Shown in pieces: positions 17,917 through 26,502 of a stretch of 64,000 bases of DNA. The position numbers and the translations under genes were made by a program. Origin of the DNA: Psychroflexus sp. (GTDB taxonomy: Bacteria; Bacteroidota; Bacteroidia; Flavobacteriales; Flavobacteriaceae). The notes beneath the pieces are model-generated. The model worked only from the letters and a program-made list of their open reading frames with translations, was not told the origin of the DNA and ran no database searches. The stretch covers positions 5,992-69,991 of the forward strand of contig CBFHKB010000002.1 in NCBI GenBank assembly GCA_965656295.1, read 5' to 3'. How positions within the stretch are numbered: the stretch's first letter is position 1; the number at the start of each line of letters is the position of its first letter.

Positions 17917-19338
17917 ATGCAAGATGCATCTTTCTACAAGCATTTAAAATCAGATTTTGGCCATCAGCCAACAACAAAGCAAGATTTAGCTTTGCAAATG
18001 TTATCGCGTTTTATTTTTGCTAAACATGAAGATCAATTATTTTTATTGAAGGGCTATGCGGGTACAGGAAAAACAACCATCATTAGTACGTTGGTTAAAA
18101 ATATCAGAAAATCTAATCAACGTATTATTTTATGTGCTCCAACAGGTCGTGCTGCTAAAGTTATTTCAAATTATAGTCATCAAACAGCATTTACCATACA
18201 TCGTAAAATATACCAACCTCGCAAGAAAAGCAATGGTGGTGTAGATTTTGTTCCTCAAGAGAATAAACACAAAAACACCATATTCGTGATTGATGAGGCG
18301 TCTATGATCCCTGATTTTCCTAAAGGGAATGACCTCTTAACTAGCCAATCGGTTTTAGACGATTTAATCGAGTATGTTTACTCTGGCGAAAATTGTAAAC
18401 TTATTTTTATTGGCGATACAGCCCAATTACCGCCTGTAAAAGCCGATTTAAGTCCCGCTTTATCTCAAGAAACTTTAGAACGCCATTTTGGGATGGACGT
18501 CAAAGCAATCGAATTAAATGAAGTACTCCGGCAGCAACAAGAAAGTGAGATTTTATATAATGCCACCGAGATTCGCGAATCCATCAATCAGGAGGTTAAT
18601 GCGTTTGAATTTAAAATTTCTAATCAAGCCGATATAGTTCGATTGGTTGATGGTTATGAAATCATGGATGCTGTTAACCATTCATTTGACCATTTAGGTC
18701 ATGAAGAAACAGCTATTATTGTTCGCTCTAACAAGCGTGCTAACTTATACAACCAGCAAATACGAGCTAAAATTCTATTTCGCGAAGATGAAATTGCCGC
18801 AGGTGATTACCTAATGGTCGTTAAGAATAACTATTTTTGGTTAAAACCAACTTCAGATGCTGGATTTATTGCTAATGGCGATATTGTTGAAATACTCGAA
18901 ATTTTTAGTATTAAAGAAATTTACGGCTTTAGGTTTGCAGAAGTAAAGGTGCAAATGGTCGATTATCCTAAAATGCAAGCTTTTGAAACCGTAATTTTAT
19001 TAGACACGCTAACATCTAACGGGCCAGCATTAACCTACGAAGAATCACATCAACTTTATGAAGCTGTTTTAGAAGATTACGCCGATGAAAAGTCCAAGTA
19101 TAAAAAGTTTTTAAAAGTCAAGAAAAATAAGTTTTTCAATGCCCTACAAGTTAAATTTAGTTATGCCATTACCTGTCATAAGTCTCAAGGTGGCCAATGG
19201 CACACCGTTTTTGTAGAGCAACCTTATTTAAAAGAAGGCATTAACCAAGATTACTTACGCTGGTTATATACAGCCATCACTAGAGCTAAAGAGAAATTAT
19301 ATTTAATAGGCTTTAAAAACGATTTTTTCACCGATTAA
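17917..19338 (+). CDS. SF1B RecD/Pif1-like ATP-dependent DNA helicase
   Basis: Walker A GYAGTGKTT, Walker B VIDEASM, GDTAQLPPV, and the C-terminal ITCHKSQGGQW..AITRAK (UvrD_C_2-like). Confidence 0.85.
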   Translation: MQDASFYKHLKSDFGHQPTTKQDLALQMLSRFIFAKHEDQLFLLKGYAGTGKTTIISTLVKNIRKSNQRIILCAPTGRAAKVISNYSHQTAFTIHRKIYQPRKKSNGGVDFVPQENKHKNTIFVIDEASMIPDFPKGNDLLTSQSVLDDLIEYVYSGENCKLIFIGDTAQLPPVKADLSPALSQETLERHFGMDVKAIELNEVLRQQQESEILYNATEIRESINQEVNAFEFKISNQADIVRLVDGYEIMDAVNHSFDHLGHEETAIIVRSNKRANLYNQQIRAKILFREDEIAAGDYLMVVKNNYFWLKPTSDAGFIANGDIVEILEIFSIKEIYGFRFAEVKVQMVDYPKMQAFETVILLDTLTSNGPALTYEESHQLYEAVLEDYADEKSKYKKFLKVKKNKFFNALQVKFSYAITCHKSQGGQWHTVFVEQPYLKEGINQDYLRWLYTAITRAKEKLYLIGFKNDFFTD

Positions 19339-19349
19339 TTTTAACACGC

Positions 19350-20081
19350 ATGAAAACAATAGCCATGATTCCCGCAAGGCTCGAAGCCTCTAGATTCCCT
19401 AGAAAACTCCTGCAAGATTTAGGAGGCAAGCCTGTAATTGTACAAACCTTTTTAGCAGCACAAACCACTGGTTTATTTGATCAGGTTTATGTGGTGACCG
19501 ATTCTGAAGCTATTGAAGATGTGGTAAAACAATATACCCCAAATGTGATTCGGTCTCAACAAGAGCATGAATGTGGGAGTGACCGTATAGCTGAAGCTGT
19601 TGAACATATTTCTGCAGATATTGTAGTTAATGTTCAAGGTGATGAACCATTTATAAATAAAAAGGCACTCTCGAAATTGCTGGCTGTATTTGAAACAGAT
19701 CACCATCATCAAATCGATTTAGCCTCTTTAAAAACACCACTAAAAACTTCAGCCGATATTGAAAATCCTAATCATGTTAAAGTGATTACTGATGCTCAAA
19801 ATCACGCACTGTATTTTTCGCGATCGGTCATTCCTTTCCGCAGAAATTTAGAGTCTGCTATTTCATACTTCAAGCACGTTGGTATTTATGCCTTCAGAAA
19901 ACAAGCGTTACTTGACTTTTACCATTCTGAAATGACACCGCTAGAAACCGCCGAAAAGATTGAATGCATCCGACACCTCGAACATGGAAAAACCATTAAA
20001 ATGGTTGAAACCGCTGAAGTTTCTATCGGAATAGATACGCCGGCAGATCTGGAAAAGGCTAGACGCTTATTTAAGACTTAA
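19350..20081 (+). CDS. kdsB: 3-deoxy-manno-octulosonate cytidylyltransferase
   Basis: IAMIPARLEASRFPRK, VNVQGDEP and HVGIYAF motifs. Confidence 0.9.
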   Translation: MKTIAMIPARLEASRFPRKLLQDLGGKPVIVQTFLAAQTTGLFDQVYVVTDSEAIEDVVKQYTPNVIRSQQEHECGSDRIAEAVEHISADIVVNVQGDEPFINKKALSKLLAVFETDHHHQIDLASLKTPLKTSADIENPNHVKVITDAQNHALYFSRSVIPFRRNLESAISYFKHVGIYAFRKQALLDFYHSEMTPLETAEKIECIRHLEHGKTIKMVETAEVSIGIDTPADLEKARRLFKT

Positions 20082-21378
20082 CAGCTGATTTGTAGGTGTT
20101 TAAGCAGCGCTCCCGTGCCATTTTATGTTCGACCATAGGTTCTGGGTATTTACTAGAGTTAACTTCAGGCACCCATTTTTTAATATAAACCTTGTCTTTA
20201 TCAAAGCGCTCAGTTTGGCTGTACGGGTTAAACACTCTAAAATACGGTGCGGCATCGACGCCGGAACCGGCTACCCATTGCCAGCCACCAACATTAGATG
20301 ACATTTCGTAATCTAAAAGTTTTTCAGCAAAATAGGCTTCGCCCCAACGCCAATCGATAAGTAAGTGTTTGCACAAAAAGCTTCCTACTACCATTCTAAT
20401 TCTGTTATGCATCCAACCGGTTTCATTAAGTTGTCGCATTCCTGCATCTACAATAGGATAACCCGTTTGTCCATTTTTCCACCGCTCAAAATCATCTTTA
20501 CTATTGCGCCATTCAATTTGATCATACACAGGTTTAAAGGCACGATTTTGTGTTTCAGGAAAATGGTGTAAAATGGCTTTATAAAACTCTCTCCAAATTA
20601 ACTCGTTTAAAAAAGTTTGGTTTTTCGCAGTTAAAGCAGTTTGTATTAAGCTGCGGTAACCTACGGTGCCAAACCGTAAATGCGGACTCAATTTTGAAGT
20701 ACCATGAATAGAAGGGATGTTTCTTTTATCTTCATACGCTTCTAAAAACGCTTTATTTAATTGATAGTCTTCAACTTTAATTGTGGCTGCTTTAAACCCC
20801 ATATCGCTTAAAGTTAAATTTGGTAAGCGCGAATTTTTATACAGTTGATCTAAATGATCTTCAGATTTGGCTGTTTCTAGCTTCACGTTTTCAAATTCTT
20901 TTTTCCATTGCTTCATGTAGGGGGTAAATACTAAGTACATCCCGCCATCTTTTTTCTGGACGTCATTTTTTTCAAAAATCACTTGATCTTTGAAGTCATG
21001 AAACTCGATGCCTGATTGAGATAATATGGCTTTAATGTTAGCGTCTCGCTTATGAGCATAAGGTTCATAATCGCGGTTGGTAAATACTTTTTTGATGTTG
21101 TAGTCTTGAAGTAATTGCTTAAACACTTCAGCTGGATCTCCGTAAAACATAGCTAAGGAGCTACCATACTTGACTTGTAACTCTTGTCTTATTTTTTGAG
21201 CCTCATCATAAATAAAACTAACTCGAGCATCATCTTCAGGCAGTTCATCTATAATGTTTTGATCAAAAATAAAAAGTGGTAAAACGGGTTCTTCAGCTGT
21301 TAAAGCTTCAAATAAACCTACATTGTCGCGTAGTCTTAAATCGCGTCTAAACCAGAAAATATTCATAGGTACGTCCAT
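20071..21378 (-). CDS. deoxyribodipyrimidine photolyase / cryptochrome family flavoprotein
   Basis: FWFRRDLRLRDN N-terminus. FAD-binding region WREFY, GWMHNRIRMVVGSFL and SSNVGGWQW. An alternative start is the Met of MNIFWF at 21366. The 3' end overlaps kdsB by 11 nt (convergent). Confidence 0.88.
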   Translation of the reverse strand: MDVPMNIFWFRRDLRLRDNVGLFEALTAEEPVLPLFIFDQNIIDELPEDDARVSFIYDEAQKIRQELQVKYGSSLAMFYGDPAEVFKQLLQDYNIKKVFTNRDYEPYAHKRDANIKAILSQSGIEFHDFKDQVIFEKNDVQKKDGGMYLVFTPYMKQWKKEFENVKLETAKSEDHLDQLYKNSRLPNLTLSDMGFKAATIKVEDYQLNKAFLEAYEDKRNIPSIHGTSKLSPHLRFGTVGYRSLIQTALTAKNQTFLNELIWREFYKAILHHFPETQNRAFKPVYDQIEWRNSKDDFERWKNGQTGYPIVDAGMRQLNETGWMHNRIRMVVGSFLCKHLLIDWRWGEAYFAEKLLDYEMSSNVGGWQWVAGSGVDAAPYFRVFNPYSQTERFDKDKVYIKKWVPEVNSSKYPEPMVEHKMARERCLNTYKSAVKS

Positions 21379-21388
21379 AAATTTGAGC

Positions 21389-21415
21389 TAAAAAAACCTG
21401 CTTATACAGCAGGTT
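21389..21415 (-). terminator. rho-independent terminator after the SDR gene
   Basis: AACCTGCT-TATAC-AGCAGGTT stem followed on the minus strand by T7. Confidence 0.75.
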
Positions 21416-21435
21416 AATTTACGAAATTAATTAAT

Positions 21436-22134
21436 TTAACTTACGTTTAAATTTGACATTCCACCATCTACACCTAAAATTTGACCAGTGATCCATGTGG
21501 CGTCTTCAGAAAGTAAAAAGCTAGCCATGCTAGCAATATCTTTTGCTTCTCCTACACGTTTTAGGGGGTGGCGTTCGTCCATTTTTTCTTTTTTCTTATC
21601 GCTACCAAGGAGTTTGTTGGCTAGAGGCGTATTGACCAAAGATGGTGCAATTACATTAACTCTAAATGATGGCGCATATTCTGCAGCTAAAGATCGGGCA
21701 AAACCTTCAATAGCTCCTTTGGCTGCTGCTACACTGGTGTGAAACGGCATGCCTGTTTGTACAGCAACGGTACTAAAGTATACAATGCTAGCTTGTTTAG
21801 AAGCTTTTAGTTTACCTAATAAGCCATGGGTTATTTTTACAAGGCTCATAAAATTGAGTTGTAAATCTTCTTCAAATACAGAAGGTTTCATCATTTTAAA
21901 GGGTTTTAAATTGATGGATCCTGGACAATAAACTAAACCATCGATTTGATCAGGCAGATCAAGGTTTGTAATGTCATCATTTAAGGCGTCAAATTCGTGA
22001 TGCGTTACATCTAGTTGATCTAAGTTTTCATTAGACCTTGAGGCAATAATAATGTTGTGTTTTTCATGTAGTTGTTGGGCAATTTCATGTCCAATTCCTT
22101 TTGTTCCTCCAATTAGTAATATATTCTTTCTCAT
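21436..22134 (-). CDS. short-chain dehydrogenase/reductase family protein, atypical (catalytic Tyr position is Val)
   Basis: Rossmann motif GGTKGIG. Aligned by eye to FabG NYAAAK, the YxxxK position reads SVAAAK. Confidence 0.8.
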   Translation of the reverse strand: MRKNILLIGGTKGIGHEIAQQLHEKHNIIIASRSNENLDQLDVTHHEFDALNDDITNLDLPDQIDGLVYCPGSINLKPFKMMKPSVFEEDLQLNFMSLVKITHGLLGKLKASKQASIVYFSTVAVQTGMPFHTSVAAAKGAIEGFARSLAAEYAPSFRVNVIAPSLVNTPLANKLLGSDKKKEKMDERHPLKRVGEAKDIASMASFLLSEDATWITGQILGVDGGMSNLNVS

Positions 22135-22140
22135 AGTAAT

Positions 22141-22608
22141 TTAGTTTTTAAGTTCACCAAAAATGGCATGCATTTTTGATGTACGTTGATTAAAAATTTT
22201 ATTGAGTTTGGGTTTAATTAAAACCGGATGTAAAAGTTGTCCTAAGAATCCAAATGGGACTTGATAATGAACAACATCGGTAATTTTCACTCCACCATCA
22301 ATTTCTTCGATAAAATGTTTGTGATGCCAAATTTTATAAGGGCCTAAAAGCTGTATATCTACAAAATAATCAGGCTTTTGTACATGGGTAATTTCAGTTA
22401 CCCATTTTGTTTTAAAGCCTTTAAATGGCGTTACGTTATATTGTATAATTTGCCCAGTATAGGTTTGATCACTTATGCCTGATAAAATCTCAAAGCCCAT
22501 ATCATCGGGCATGATTTTTTGTAAATTTTTGGGATTAGATAAAAATTGCCAAGCTTCATTCTTAGAAATAGGCAATTTAATGTGCTGGTTGATTTCATAA
22601 AAACTCAT
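22141..22608 (-). CDS. SRPBCC (START/Bet v1-like) family protein
   Basis: 155 aa with the pattern typical of COG4276-type SRPBCC proteins (FEILSG..KWVTEITH..GPYKIWHHKHFF-like). Confidence 0.7.
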   Translation of the reverse strand: MSFYEINQHIKLPISKNEAWQFLSNPKNLQKIMPDDMGFEILSGISDQTYTGQIIQYNVTPFKGFKTKWVTEITHVQKPDYFVDIQLLGPYKIWHHKHFIEEIDGGVKITDVVHYQVPFGFLGQLLHPVLIKPKLNKIFNQRTSKMHAIFGELKN

Positions 22609-22705
22609 AATACGAAATTACAAGATACTTTGTTCAACAAGAAACATAAACAGTTAAACAAAAGTTATAGTTTGAATGTTGTAATTTTGAAGCTCAACTA
22701 TCCTT

Positions 22706-23173
22706 ATGAAAAATACTTTTGTCTTTATCATCGCCTTATTAATTAGCGCTTGCAGTAGTTTGTCTCATCAAACTACTGTGGTTAACTGTTCACCAGCCTA
22801 TAAGTGTGAATCTAGTTTAGTGGAAAACCAAGAAATTCAACTTATCAAGGATAATTTTGGACAAGCTTATATCTCAACTTCAACTTTATTAGAAACAAAT
22901 GTGTTTCAACTACAAGTTTTAGAGAAAATGGAATTACCTCAGGTACAGGATGTGAAATCAACCACCTATTATTTCAATTTTAGTCGCATTAGTTCTAAAA
23001 CTATAGAAAGTTTAAGAGTTTTTAAATCGGTAAATTGCAAATGTCCCGAGCAAGGTTTAGAGGAAATTAAGTTGGATCACGTTCAATTAAAATCTAACTT
23101 AAAAGGCACTTTCTTGATTATTGCGGCCTCTAATTTTAAGTTTTTAGAGCGTAACTTGAAGATCAAACTCTAG
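22706..23173 (+). CDS. Cys-containing lipoprotein, unknown function
   Basis: Signal peptide with lipobox LISAC and further Cys pairs (NCSPAYKC, NCKCP). No recognisable family. Confidence 0.55.
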   Translation: MKNTFVFIIALLISACSSLSHQTTVVNCSPAYKCESSLVENQEIQLIKDNFGQAYISTSTLLETNVFQLQVLEKMELPQVQDVKSTTYYFNFSRISSKTIESLRVFKSVNCKCPEQGLEEIKLDHVQLKSNLKGTFLIIAASNFKFLERNLKIKL

Positions 23174-23727
23174 TTATCTTTAACGTCGCTAGGAAAGGGT
23201 GGTGGTCCAGGTGTTCTAGAAGGAAATCTTTGCTGTTTTTTGGATTTTTTGGCGATTTCAAAAAAATTATACGGATAAAACTTCTCAAAAATACGTTCTC
23301 TTTTTTTACATTTTAGGTCAACAAAGTCTTTCCCAAATTCTTCTTTAGCTGTGGTATTCCATAAGTATAAATACACTTCTCTAGTGTAATTTTGAAGTAA
23401 CTCAAACTTATCATTATCCCCAAAACCACGCATGGCAATTATAGCTTTTTTAGGCGACTCGGCCATGTCTTTTTTAGAGGAAGGATTGTCTATAAATTCA
23501 AGTATAAGTTCTTTAAATTTTATTTCGGACAACTGCATGTGGGGTGTGTCGTTAATTATTACGCTATTATCTTGAGCGATAATAATGGTTAGTATGTTTC
23601 GTAACTTTTCATTTTCGTAAACCTCTTGAGTTATTTGTGGGTTAAGTTGGCAGTCGCCATCAAACCACTCTTGTGCTGTCCCATTGAAGCCTAGGCATAG
23701 GATGGTAAGGCATATTAGTATTCTCAT
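23170..23727 (-). CDS. secreted protein, unknown function, Pro-rich basic C-terminus
   Basis: Cleavable signal peptide (LCLGFNGTAQE) and a C-terminal RTPGPPPFPSD. The 3' end overlaps the previous gene by 4 nt (convergent). Confidence 0.55.
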   Translation of the reverse strand: MRILICLTILCLGFNGTAQEWFDGDCQLNPQITQEVYENEKLRNILTIIIAQDNSVIINDTPHMQLSEIKFKELILEFIDNPSSKKDMAESPKKAIIAMRGFGDNDKFELLQNYTREVYLYLWNTTAKEEFGKDFVDLKCKKRERIFEKFYPYNFFEIAKKSKKQQRFPSRTPGPPPFPSDVKDN

Positions 23728-23832
23728 AACTATTTATTTAAGATCAAATTTAAGCAATATTTCAGTAAAAGATGATGTTTGTCATTTTTATACTCACCCA
23801 ATTATAACAATTTTGTGGTCAAACTTCCTTAC

Positions 23833-26226
23833 ATGTCTAAAAATCTTAATACTTGTTATCACTGTGGTGACGATTGTAAGTCTATCGATATAGCTTACGA
23901 TGATAAACACTTTTGTTGTAAAGGTTGCCAAACGGTTTACGAGATATTTAGTGAAAACGATTTGGGTTGTTACTACGACTTAACTCAAAATCCTGGTGCG
24001 ACACCTGAAGACATTAAAGGTAAGTATGATTTTTTAGAACAAGATGAAATTGTGACTAAATTAGTCGATTTCTCGGATGCTTCAACCGAAGTCGTTAACC
24101 TTTACATTCCACATATTCATTGTAGTTCGTGTATTTGGATTCTTGAAAACCTTCAAAAACTTCAGCCTGCAATTAAACATTCTCAGGTCAATTTTCCGAA
24201 GAAAACTATTTCTATAAGTTATAATAGCACTAAAACTAATTTGAAATCAGTTGTTGAATTACTCGCAGCGATTGGTTACGAACCCTATATAAGTTTAAAC
24301 AACTTAGACCAAACTACTGAAGTTACTAACCATAGCTTGATTTATAAGATTGGTGTAGCTGGTTTTGCGTTTGGGAATGTGATGTTTTTATCTTTTCCAG
24401 AGTATTTTGAAGTTAATGAGTATTGGATAGATCAATATAAGAACTTGTTTAGATGGCTCATGTTTGCCTTTAGTTTACCGGTGGTTTTTTATGCCGGGCG
24501 CGATTATTTTATTTCGGCGTATAAAGGCTTAAATACCAAAATGTTAAATATAGATGTTCCTATCGCATTAGGGATAAGCGTGTTATTTATTCGCAGTGTT
24601 GTTGATATCAGTTTCGATTTAGGTACTGGTTTTTTTGACAGCTTAACGGGATTGGTGTTTTTTCTATTACTAGGTAAATTTGTTCAGCAAAAAACTTACA
24701 ATTATCTCTCTTTTGAGCGTGATTATAAGTCGTATTTTCCTATCGCGATTACACGTATTATACCCGAAACCCATACCGAAGAAAATATTGAAGTTTATAA
24801 AATTAAGCAAGGTGATCATCTTTTAATTCGTAATCAAGAACTATTACCGGTAGATTCAATTTTAAAATCTAAAGAAGCCAATATTGACTATAGTTTTGTA
24901 ACTGGAGAAGCTAAATTGGTTAAAAAATCATCTGGCGATAAGTTATATGCAGGAGGTAAAATAGTAGGAAATGCTATTGAGGTTATTGCCGAGAAGTCTG
25001 TTGAACAAAGTTACCTTACACAACTTTGGAGCAACGATGTGTTTAAAAGCGATTACGAACCAAAATTTAAGTCGTTAATTGATAAAATAAGTAAAAAGTT
25101 TACCATCACCGTACTAAGTGTAGCCAGTATTTCGCTCTTATTTTGGTTAATTTATGAGCCAAGTTTAGCTCTAAATGTATTCACTGCTGTTTTAATTATT
25201 GCGTGTCCTTGTGCGATTGCCCTAGCCACGCCGTTTACCATGGGTAACTTGCTCCGTATTTTTGGTCAGCGTGGATTTTACTTAAAACACATTAATAGCC
25301 TAGAGCAATTTGCTGAAATTGATACGTTTGTGTTTGATAAAACTGGTACAATTAGCTCAAGTAAGATGAGTAAAATAAACTATCATGGTTTAGCGCTTTC
25401 GGCTGAAGATACTGCGGTTTTAAAAGATTCGTTTAGAAACTCAAACCATCCTTTAAGCCGTGAACTTTACAGGTTCTTGGAAACTTTAAATGTGAGTACT
25501 ATCGACGATTTTGAAGAAATTTTGGGAGAAGGTATACAAACTACTTACAAGTCGCACCACTACAAATTAGGATCACACCGATTTGTAAACGCTAAATTAG
25601 GGCATCAAAACCTTAATGAAACCGCAGTGTATGTAAAAAAAGATCAACAAATCTTAGGTAAGTTTGTATTTGAAACGACCTATCGCGAAGGGCTTCAAGA
25701 GGTGTTTAAAACCTTAGAGTCTAATCACAAATTAGTTGTGTTATCTGGCGATAATTCAGGAGAAAAGCAATACTTAAAAAAGCTTTTACCGCAATCTACC
25801 CAATTAAAATTTAATCAAAAACCCGATGCTAAATTACGCTACATAGCTTCATTACAAGAAGAGGGTAAAAAAGTATGTATGCTTGGCGATGGTTTAAATG
25901 ATGCTGGCGCATTAAAGCAAGCCGACGTAGGTGTTGCTATTTCAGAAAATGTTAATGTGTTTTCACCAGCCTGTGATGGCATACTAAGCGCTAAACAATT
26001 TAAGCACTTAGTTCAATTTTTAGATGTCTCTAAAAAAGGGATGCAGGTGATCAAGCTTAGTTTTGTGTTATCATTTATATATAACAGTGTCGGAATTTAT
26101 TTTGCAGTAACTGGACAGCTAAAACCTGTAATTGCAGCAATTTTAATGCCGCTAAGTTCTATAAGTATTGTAGTATTTACCACACTATCAACGAACTACA
26201 TTTCCAAAAACCTACCCAAATTTTAA
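23833..26226 (+). CDS. ccoI: heavy-metal (copper) translocating P1B-type ATPase, CcoI/FixI type
   Basis: N-terminal Cys-rich module CYHCGDDC..CCKGC, an HMA-like HCSSC, the TM CPC motif (IIACPCAI), DKTGT and GDGLNDAGAL. Start set at the ATG at 23833 (MSKNLNTCYHCG). Confidence 0.9.
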   Translation: MSKNLNTCYHCGDDCKSIDIAYDDKHFCCKGCQTVYEIFSENDLGCYYDLTQNPGATPEDIKGKYDFLEQDEIVTKLVDFSDASTEVVNLYIPHIHCSSCIWILENLQKLQPAIKHSQVNFPKKTISISYNSTKTNLKSVVELLAAIGYEPYISLNNLDQTTEVTNHSLIYKIGVAGFAFGNVMFLSFPEYFEVNEYWIDQYKNLFRWLMFAFSLPVVFYAGRDYFISAYKGLNTKMLNIDVPIALGISVLFIRSVVDISFDLGTGFFDSLTGLVFFLLLGKFVQQKTYNYLSFERDYKSYFPIAITRIIPETHTEENIEVYKIKQGDHLLIRNQELLPVDSILKSKEANIDYSFVTGEAKLVKKSSGDKLYAGGKIVGNAIEVIAEKSVEQSYLTQLWSNDVFKSDYEPKFKSLIDKISKKFTITVLSVASISLLFWLIYEPSLALNVFTAVLIIACPCAIALATPFTMGNLLRIFGQRGFYLKHINSLEQFAEIDTFVFDKTGTISSSKMSKINYHGLALSAEDTAVLKDSFRNSNHPLSRELYRFLETLNVSTIDDFEEILGEGIQTTYKSHHYKLGSHRFVNAKLGHQNLNETAVYVKKDQQILGKFVFETTYREGLQEVFKTLESNHKLVVLSGDNSGEKQYLKKLLPQSTQLKFNQKPDAKLRYIASLQEEGKKVCMLGDGLNDAGALKQADVGVAISENVNVFSPACDGILSAKQFKHLVQFLDVSKKGMQVIKLSFVLSFIYNSVGIYFAVTGQLKPVIAAILMPLSSISIVVFTTLSTNYISKNLPKF

Positions 26227-26296
26227 AGGCTTCAAACATGACTAAAGTCATTTTTTAAGCTCTAAGTTGCCAGTATTTTTGGATAAAATTAACAAC

Positions 26297-26500
26297 ATGA
26301 ATGTTATTTACGGATTACTCGCCATCAGTATCGCTATAGCTATTGTGTTTTTTATTGTGTTTATACTATCAGTAAAAAATAATCAATACGAAGATACATA
26401 TACGCCTTCAGTACGTATGTTGTTTGATGATGAGCTCGTAAAGGACCAACCAAAATCATCAGAAAATCAAAAATCAAATCATAAACATAAACAATCATAA
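26297..26500 (+). CDS. ccoS: cbb3 oxidase maturation protein CcoS
   Basis: Small single-TM protein (MNVIYGLLAISIAIAIVFFIVF) immediately upstream of ccoN. The track start at 26267 is a TTG. Confidence 0.65.
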   Translation: MNVIYGLLAISIAIAIVFFIVFILSVKNNQYEDTYTPSVRMLFDDELVKDQPKSSENQKSNHKHKQS

Positions 26501-26502
26501 CT

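Noticed and set aside
17917-19338. I considered the RecD/Pif1-like helicase as a possible defence-system component.
   Set aside because: It is a stand-alone gene flanked by housekeeping genes (rsmD operon, kdsB), with no nuclease, methylase or other defence partners. It is most likely the conserved Bacteroidota SF1B helicase.
21488-21931. 84-aa and 60-aa plus-strand ORFs inside the SDR gene.
   Set aside because: They are antisense to the SDR reading frame, which carries clear Rossmann and active-site helix homology.
22546-22746. Short ORFs bridging intergenic regions: 22546-22746 (+), 23684-23893 (+), 31221-31415 (-), 46722-46934 (-), 51299-51481 (+).
   Set aside because: Each overlaps the ends of well-supported neighbouring genes or covers promoter or terminator sequence. 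Their composition is typical of AT-rich non-coding DNA.
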